Source: Pyrobaculum sp.
GTDB lineage: Archaea > Thermoproteota > Thermoprotei > Thermoproteales > Thermoproteaceae
NCBI GenBank assembly: GCA_046293555.1
Contig: JBKBOT010000006.1
Location: 1-64,000 of the forward strand
DNA: 64,000 nt
Reading direction: 5' to 3'
In this document: in pieces, positions 58,679-64,000 of the stretch
Position numbering within the stretch: position 1 is the first letter of the stretch
How the letters are laid out: each line of letters starts with the position of its first letter
Notes under the pieces: model-generated
The model's input: the letters and a program-made list of their open reading frames with translations, nothing else
The model's database searches: none
What the model was told of the DNA's origin: nothing
Made by a program: the position numbers and the translations under genes

Positions 58679-59697
58679 AAAACTTCCGGGCTGTGGAAGA
58701 CAGATGTGTAGAGCTAGGCGGCTTCACCCTAATCTACGGCCCGCCCAACTCCGGGAAATCCACCTTTCTGGAAGCCCTGGCTTTGTTAATACAGAGCAGG
58801 GGGGAGGAGTGGCTAGCTCTAGAGGGCCCCCTGTTGATAATACACGAGCCTGAAGATATCCACCAGGGGGGCGACCTGGAGAGGCCCTTTGTGGTGGAGT
58901 TCACCGCCGCGGTGGAGTCCGGCGCCGTGACTTACGGCTATAAGTACGCCACGGCTACAAACTACGTGGAGCAGTGGGTGGCGAGAGAGGGCGTCTTGTT
59001 GGCACATATGGCCAAGAGGGGCGACGGGGGTTATCTCGTCGAGCCGGTAGAGGCCAAGCTCTGTGTTACGCCATATGCCGTAATTAACGAGGACGTGCTC
59101 ACGCCATGTAGCCCGGTGGAAGACGGGAGGGTGAAAGCCGCCGAGAGGGCACTGCTGGAGTTAAGAATTGGGCTTAAAGACAGGTTTTACCTCATAAGCG
59201 GCAGGCGTCTCGCCGCCTGGAAGTATACATACGAGACACATGTAGACCTAATGCCCGCCACAAGCGTCGGCCCCGAGGGCCAGTTTGTACCCCACCACCT
59301 ATCTAAAGTCCTCACCCAGCCCTCCCTCCACCGGGCTAGAGAGGAGCTCTATAGGTACCTCCCCCTCGCCGGGGTGGGAGACGTGAGGGTGGGGTTTATA
59401 AAAAGCGGCAGGCTGGCAATGTACGTAAAAGACAGGCACTGGACTAATGTATACAACGCCGGGCTTTACACCAAGTCTGTCCTACCTGTAGTGGTCCAGC
59501 TGGCGTTAGCCAACGCCGGCTCGTCTATATTTATAGACGACGTGGATTTAGCAGTGCCTTCAGACAGGTCTGAGGCCCTGCTGTCCGGACTGCTGGAGGC
59601 CGCGAGGCGGCGGGGCTTACAGCTTGTGGCTACCGCAAAGGAGCCGGGCTTTAAGAGGGCTGGAGAGAGGCTGGGTTTTGAGGTTGTAGAGTTGTGA
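58657..59697 (+). CDS. ABC-class/AAA_21-like ATPase
   Basis: LKNFRA, GPPNSGKSTFLEAL, IFIDDVD, QLVAT. Confidence 0.8.
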   Translation: MFRKVCLKNFRAVEDRCVELGGFTLIYGPPNSGKSTFLEALALLIQSRGEEWLALEGPLLIIHEPEDIHQGGDLERPFVVEFTAAVESGAVTYGYKYATATNYVEQWVAREGVLLAHMAKRGDGGYLVEPVEAKLCVTPYAVINEDVLTPCSPVEDGRVKAAERALLELRIGLKDRFYLISGRRLAAWKYTYETHVDLMPATSVGPEGQFVPHHLSKVLTQPSLHRAREELYRYLPLAGVGDVRVGFIKSGRLAMYVKDRHWTNVYNAGLYTKSVLPVVVQLALANAGSSIFIDDVDLAVPSDRSEALLSGLLEAARRRGLQLVATAKEPGFKRAGERLGFEVVEL

Positions 59698-60026
59698 GAC
59701 TTGTATTAGACACGTCTGCCCTCTTGTACATCGTGGAGCACAGGGTGGAGGTAGAGCAGTTTTTTGGACATGAGGTCTACATACCTACTGCCGTCGTGGA
59801 GGAACTCAGGCGGCTGCGAAAGAAAAAGGCTAAAGTCGCCTTGGAGCTGTTGCCACTATTGAGGCCAAAAGTTGTGGAAAGGGGGGGCGCGGCAGATGAG
59901 GCCGTGTTGAAATGCGCCAGAGAGCTAGGCGCCGTGTTGGTAACTGGAGACTCCACGTTGGCGAAAAGAGCTAGAGAGCTAGGCGTGGCGGTGGGGCGTT
60001 TTCACAAAAAGCAGCTCTATATATAA
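59694..60026 (+). CDS. PIN-domain nuclease (Fcf1/Utp24-like)
   Basis: LVLDTSAL, V.EEL, AD, LVTGD..L; position upstream of rpoE. Confidence 0.88.
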   Translation: MRLVLDTSALLYIVEHRVEVEQFFGHEVYIPTAVVEELRRLRKKKAKVALELLPLLRPKVVERGGAADEAVLKCARELGAVLVTGDSTLAKRARELGVAVGRFHKKQLYI

Positions 60027-60049
60027 ATACCTTGTAGATATGGCACACT

Positions 60050-60625
60050 GTGCCGTTTAAGATAGTAGAGGCAGAAGACTACGTGAGGATTCCCCCCACG
60101 GAGTTCGGCAAACCTCTAGAGGAGATCGCCCTCCTACAGCTAAAAAACAGGTATGAGGGGAAGGTGTTAAGAGAGGTGGGCCACGTCGTGGCTGTGCTTT
60201 CCGTCAAGGTGTCTAGAGAGGGGAAGATCGTGTTTGGAGATGGGGGGACTTACCACAAGGCTGTATTTAGGCTGTTGGCCTTCATGCCGCTAGACGGCGA
60301 GGTGGTAGAAGGCGTGGTGGAAAACGTGAGAGAGATGGGCATGTTGGTTAGAATGGGCCCCGTCCTGGGGTTTATAAACAAGATACACGTCATGGATGAG
60401 CCCAATATATTCTTTGACGCCACCACTAAGAGCTATATCGGCGAGAAGACAAAAAGGAGGGTGTCGGTAGGCGACGTGGTGAGAGCTAGAATTACAGGTC
60501 TGAGTTTTGTCACGCCGCGTGAAGGGTTTGAGTTTGTGCTTAGAGTCACTATGAACATGAGGATGCCGGGGTTGGGCAAGCTGGATTGGATCAAAGAGAA
60601 AAAGCCCACTGTCAAGAAGACATGA
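60050..60625 (+). CDS. rpoE1: RNA polymerase subunit E' (Rpo7)
   Basis: VRIPP..FG, GDGG.Y, EVVEG.V, GD.VRARI, MR.PGLGK. Confidence 0.95.
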   Translation: MPFKIVEAEDYVRIPPTEFGKPLEEIALLQLKNRYEGKVLREVGHVVAVLSVKVSREGKIVFGDGGTYHKAVFRLLAFMPLDGEVVEGVVENVREMGMLVRMGPVLGFINKIHVMDEPNIFFDATTKSYIGEKTKRRVSVGDVVRARITGLSFVTPREGFEFVLRVTMNMRMPGLGKLDWIKEKKPTVKKT

Positions 60626-60837
60626 GGAAAAAGACGCTAAGTGGCTACAAGGCCTGTAGACACTGTAAATACATAGCGCCTCGAGACGCCAGGCAGTGTC
60701 CCAACTGTGGCTCTGAGGAGTTTGTAGACAGGTGGAGGGGGATGATCGCCGTTGTGGACCCAGCGAGGTCTTGTGTAGCCAAAAGGCTGGGGATAGAAAA
60801 ACCCGGCGTCTACGCCTTGGAGCTGGCAGAGGAGTGA
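60622..60837 (+). CDS. spt4: transcription elongation factor Spt4
   Basis: ACRHC..CPNCG, W.G...V.DP..S..A..LGI..PG.YAL. Confidence 0.95.
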   Translation: MRKKTLSGYKACRHCKYIAPRDARQCPNCGSEEFVDRWRGMIAVVDPARSCVAKRLGIEKPGVYALELAEE

Positions 60838-61199
60838 CATCGAGTCACCCTCTCCGCGATGGAAAAGAGATATTTTCTATACCGCTCCAGCTCTCTAAAC
60901 AACAGGTCGTACTCCACCGGCGTCGCCTCTACCTCCTCGCCAAGTATTTCCCTAACCACTGCCCTCAGGGCGCCTCTACTCAGCCTGTCGTATAGGTCTA
61001 GAAGCCTCTTTAGCCTAGACTCAAAGATGTAAAAACTGTTGACAAGCTCTGCCACCTCTCTCTCTGTGAGACATCCGCCGCATTGATAATATCTCGCCAA
61101 CATCTCTACTGCTTCCGCCGTCTTGGCCCCCACAGCCTTGCGGAAAGACTTGCCCCTAGCCTTTTCCTCAAGCCACCGCGCCGCCTCTTCTATGTCCAC
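60810..61199 (-). CDS. hypothetical protein
   Basis: 129-aa ORF from GTG 61199, divergent from alaS. Confidence 0.6.
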   Translation of the reverse strand: MDIEEAARWLEEKARGKSFRKAVGAKTAEAVEMLARYYQCGGCLTEREVAELVNSFYIFESRLKRLLDLYDRLSRGALRAVVREILGEEVEATPVEYDLLFRELERYRKYLFSIAERVTRCHSSASSKA

Positions 61200-61237
61200 A
61201 GTGTTGAGAGCTAAGGTTTTTAAATAGGTAACAAGAG

Positions 61238-63910
61238 GTGGCAGTGTTAACCGCAAGAGTTCTAAAAGGCTTTTTGAGAAAACAGTGCCCCCTATGTAAG
61301 TCATACTTCTGGACGTTAAGAGAGGACCAGACGTATTGTGGCGACCAGCCCTGTGTCCCCTACGGCTTTATAGACAGCCCCCCCACCCACCTGGCTGTAG
61401 AAACTCTGTCTGAACTTAGGGAGAGGTTCCTCCAGTTTTTTGAAAAACGGGGCCACGTGAGGATAAGGAGATACCCCGTCGTGGCCAGGTGGCGCGACGA
61501 CGTCTATCTGGTGGGTGCCTCTATTTATGACTTCCAGCCTTGGGTCACCAGCGGCGCCGTGCCGCCACCAGCAAACCCCCTTGTGATCTCCCAGCCGTCA
61601 ATTAGGCTTACCGACGTGGATAAAGTGGGGAGAAGCGGCCGTCACCTCACCGGCTTCGAGATGATGGCACATCACGCCTTTAACTATCCAGACAGGTCTG
61701 TCTACTGGATAGACGAGACCACCGAATATGCCTACCACTTCTTTAAAGAGCTGGGGATTCCAGACCGCGAGATGACATTTAAAGAGTCGTTTTGGGAGGG
61801 CGGCGGCAACGCCGGGGAGTGCTTCGAGGTGTTGGTAAGAGGGCTGGAGGTAGCCACCCTGGTCTTTATGCATTACGAGACGCGTGACGGCAGGTATGTA
61901 GAACTCCCGCTAAAAATTGTGGACACGGGCTACGGCTTGGAGCGAATCTTCTGGCTTATAAAAGGCACCCCCACTATTTACGACGCGGTCTTTAGGTCCT
62001 TTCTAGACAAGGCCAGGTGGAGACTCGGCGTGTCGCCACCTCCGGCAGACATCTTGGCTAAAGCCTCTATCTACTTCGGGCAGATGGACCCAGAGGTGGT
62101 GGGGCTAGAGAAGGCTTACGACATGATTGCAGAAAAGGTGGGAGTAGACAGAAGGACCTTTAGAGAGCTGGTGAGACCACAGGAGGCGCTATACGTGTTG
62201 GCAGATCACAGCAGGACTGTATCCTGGATGATTGCAGACGGCGTAATTCCCTCCAACAGCGGCGCCGGCTATCTGGCCCGGCTTTTAATCAGGAGGATTT
62301 TGAAAAACATGAGGCTTGCGGCGATAGAGGCCCCCCTGACGGAGCTTTTCGCGCTACATCTAGAGGAGCTAAAAAGAGACTACCCTGAGGTGTGGGACGC
62401 CAGAGAGCTAATCCTAGAGCTGGTGGAGCTCGAGGAGAGGAGATACAGAGAGGTCTTGAGGTCAGCGCCCTTTGTGGTGAGAAAAACGATTGAGGAAAAC
62501 AGGAGGCGGGGCGTCGGCGGGTTGACCAAAGAGGACCTGGTGGCTCTATATGACAGCTACGGCCTGCCCCCAGAGGTTGTGGCAGAGACGGCTAATAGTT
62601 ACGGGGTCTCAGTGGAGGTGCCAGATGACTTCTACTCCCTCCTCGCCGCTAGACATATGAGAAGAGAAAGGGGGCCGGAGAAAACGCTGGTGGAGATGTC
62701 TAAAGTTGTCAACCTCCCCAAAACCAGGGAGCTGTTTTATGAGGATCCCTACATGAGGGAATTCAAGGCGAGGGTGTTAAAGACGTTGGGGAGATATGTG
62801 GTGTTAGACCAGACGGCCTTCTACCCAGAGGGCGGAGGCCAGCCTGCCGACATTGGCGTCTTGAAATACGCCGGGGGGGAGGCCAGGGTTGTGGACGTAC
62901 AGAGAGTGGGACACGTGGTGGTACACGTGGTGGAGGGCGAGCCGCCGCCAGAAGGCGCCGAGGTGGTAGGGGTTATAGACTGGGATAGAAGATACGGGCT
63001 GATGAAAATGCACACCGGGACTCACGTCTTGATACAAGCCATCAGGAGGGTGTTGGGGTCGCACATATGGCAGGCCGGCGCCCAGAAGGACGTCCCCACA
63101 AGCCGTATTGACGTCACGCATTTCAAACTGCCCACCGCCGGGGAGGTGGCCGAGATAGAGAGGCTTGCCAACAGGGCTGTACAGGAGAACTTGCCGGTGT
63201 TGGTGAAAATATTGCCGAGAAACGAGGCCGAGGCTAGATACGGCTTTGTGTTGTATCAAGGCGGGGTGGCGCCAGCTAGAGAGATCAGAGTGGTACAGAT
63301 AGGGCCAGACCACAGCCCATATGACGTCCAGGCTTGTGGAGGCACCCATTTGAAAAACACGGGGGAGATAGGGCTGATAAAAGTAGAGAAGGTAGAGCGG
63401 ATTGCAGACGGGGTGGTGAGGTTTATTTTCTCCACCGGCATGTACGCCCTAGATTACGTCCAGAGCCTAGAACGCGCGGCGGCAGAAGCCGCCGCGGCTG
63501 GAGGCGGCAGCAGAGAGGCGCTTGTAGAGACAGTCAAGAGGCTCGTCCAGAGGGTTGAAGAAACGGAGAGGAAGGCCAGGCGTTATCTAGAGCTCTACGC
63601 CCAGATGTTGGCAGAGAGGCTAGCCAAGGAGGAGGTAGGTCGCTACAGGTTGGCCTTCTTGGAGCTAGGCGACGAGGAGCTAGCCAGGAGGGCTGCGGCT
63701 ATAGCCACAGGGAGAGATCGGTCTCTCCTTCTGGTTGTAAAAAATGGCGACAGGGTGTCTATATATACTGGAGGCGGAGACGTCGCGCCGGTGGTGGAGG
63801 CCTTAAGGAAGATAGGCTTTAGAGGCGGCGGCTCTAAGACCTTCGCCCAGGGGGTGTATAAAGGCGATTGGGAAATATTTAAAGAGGCGTTGAGGAGAGT
63901 TCTGACATGA
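61238..63910 (+). CDS. alaS: alanine--tRNA ligase (archaeal type)
   Basis: N-terminal C..C..FW, FQPWV, GRH.T.FEM..HH, HT.TH editing motif, CGGTH, GGG. Confidence 0.98.
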   Translation: MAVLTARVLKGFLRKQCPLCKSYFWTLREDQTYCGDQPCVPYGFIDSPPTHLAVETLSELRERFLQFFEKRGHVRIRRYPVVARWRDDVYLVGASIYDFQPWVTSGAVPPPANPLVISQPSIRLTDVDKVGRSGRHLTGFEMMAHHAFNYPDRSVYWIDETTEYAYHFFKELGIPDREMTFKESFWEGGGNAGECFEVLVRGLEVATLVFMHYETRDGRYVELPLKIVDTGYGLERIFWLIKGTPTIYDAVFRSFLDKARWRLGVSPPPADILAKASIYFGQMDPEVVGLEKAYDMIAEKVGVDRRTFRELVRPQEALYVLADHSRTVSWMIADGVIPSNSGAGYLARLLIRRILKNMRLAAIEAPLTELFALHLEELKRDYPEVWDARELILELVELEERRYREVLRSAPFVVRKTIEENRRRGVGGLTKEDLVALYDSYGLPPEVVAETANSYGVSVEVPDDFYSLLAARHMRRERGPEKTLVEMSKVVNLPKTRELFYEDPYMREFKARVLKTLGRYVVLDQTAFYPEGGGQPADIGVLKYAGGEARVVDVQRVGHVVVHVVEGEPPPEGAEVVGVIDWDRRYGLMKMHTGTHVLIQAIRRVLGSHIWQAGAQKDVPTSRIDVTHFKLPTAGEVAEIERLANRAVQENLPVLVKILPRNEAEARYGFVLYQGGVAPAREIRVVQIGPDHSPYDVQACGGTHLKNTGEIGLIKVEKVERIADGVVRFIFSTGMYALDYVQSLERAAAEAAAAGGGSREALVETVKRLVQRVEETERKARRYLELYAQMLAERLAKEEVGRYRLAFLELGDEELARRAAAIATGRDRSLLLVVKNGDRVSIYTGGGDVAPVVEALRKIGFRGGGSKTFAQGVYKGDWEIFKEALRRVLT

Positions 63911-64000
63911 TCCCCACTAGAGATCTCGAGAAGTTTCTCAAGAGGATGGGCATCAAGATGGAGGAGGTGGAGGTGGCTTATGTAGAGCTGAGGCTAAAAA
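63907..64000 (+). CDS. nac: nascent polypeptide-associated complex protein, N-terminal fragment
   Basis: [21 protein letters not shown].; ATGA overlap with alaS. Confidence 0.75.
   Translation, partial: MIPTRDLEKFLKRMGIKMEEVEVAYVELRLK

Overview
Gene-dense archaeal chromosomal segment, most likely Thermoproteaceae (Pyrobaculum-like). This assignment is inferred from moderately high GC, TATA boxes about 17-21 nt before leaderless start codons, class II LysRS, highly diverged RNase P proteins Pop5/Rpp30, NucS, Rpo7/Spt4 and an intron-containing tRNA. The content is mostly housekeeping: translation, a Leu/Lys/Arg biosynthesis cluster, SufBC, Moco, IorAB, PyrG and AlaRS. It also holds two tRNAs (Val-CAC; Asn-GTT with an 11-nt intron), five box C/D sRNA candidates, a heavily eroded aminotransferase pseudogene, three small genes missed by the ORF track, and a small serine-recombinase island. 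The main finding concerns two committed-step enzymes, homocitrate synthase (Lys) and 2-isopropylmalate synthase (Leu). In both, the promoter-proximal ATG opens a short out-of-frame ORF containing NNG-GGG followed directly by a codon for the pathway's end product (AAA Lys; CTC Leu). A -1 slip of the P-site tRNA-Gly on GGGG puts the ribosome into the enzyme frame. This suggests an amino-acid-starvation-gated ('hungry codon') -1 frameshift switch. All product calls come from motif recognition only; no database searches were run.
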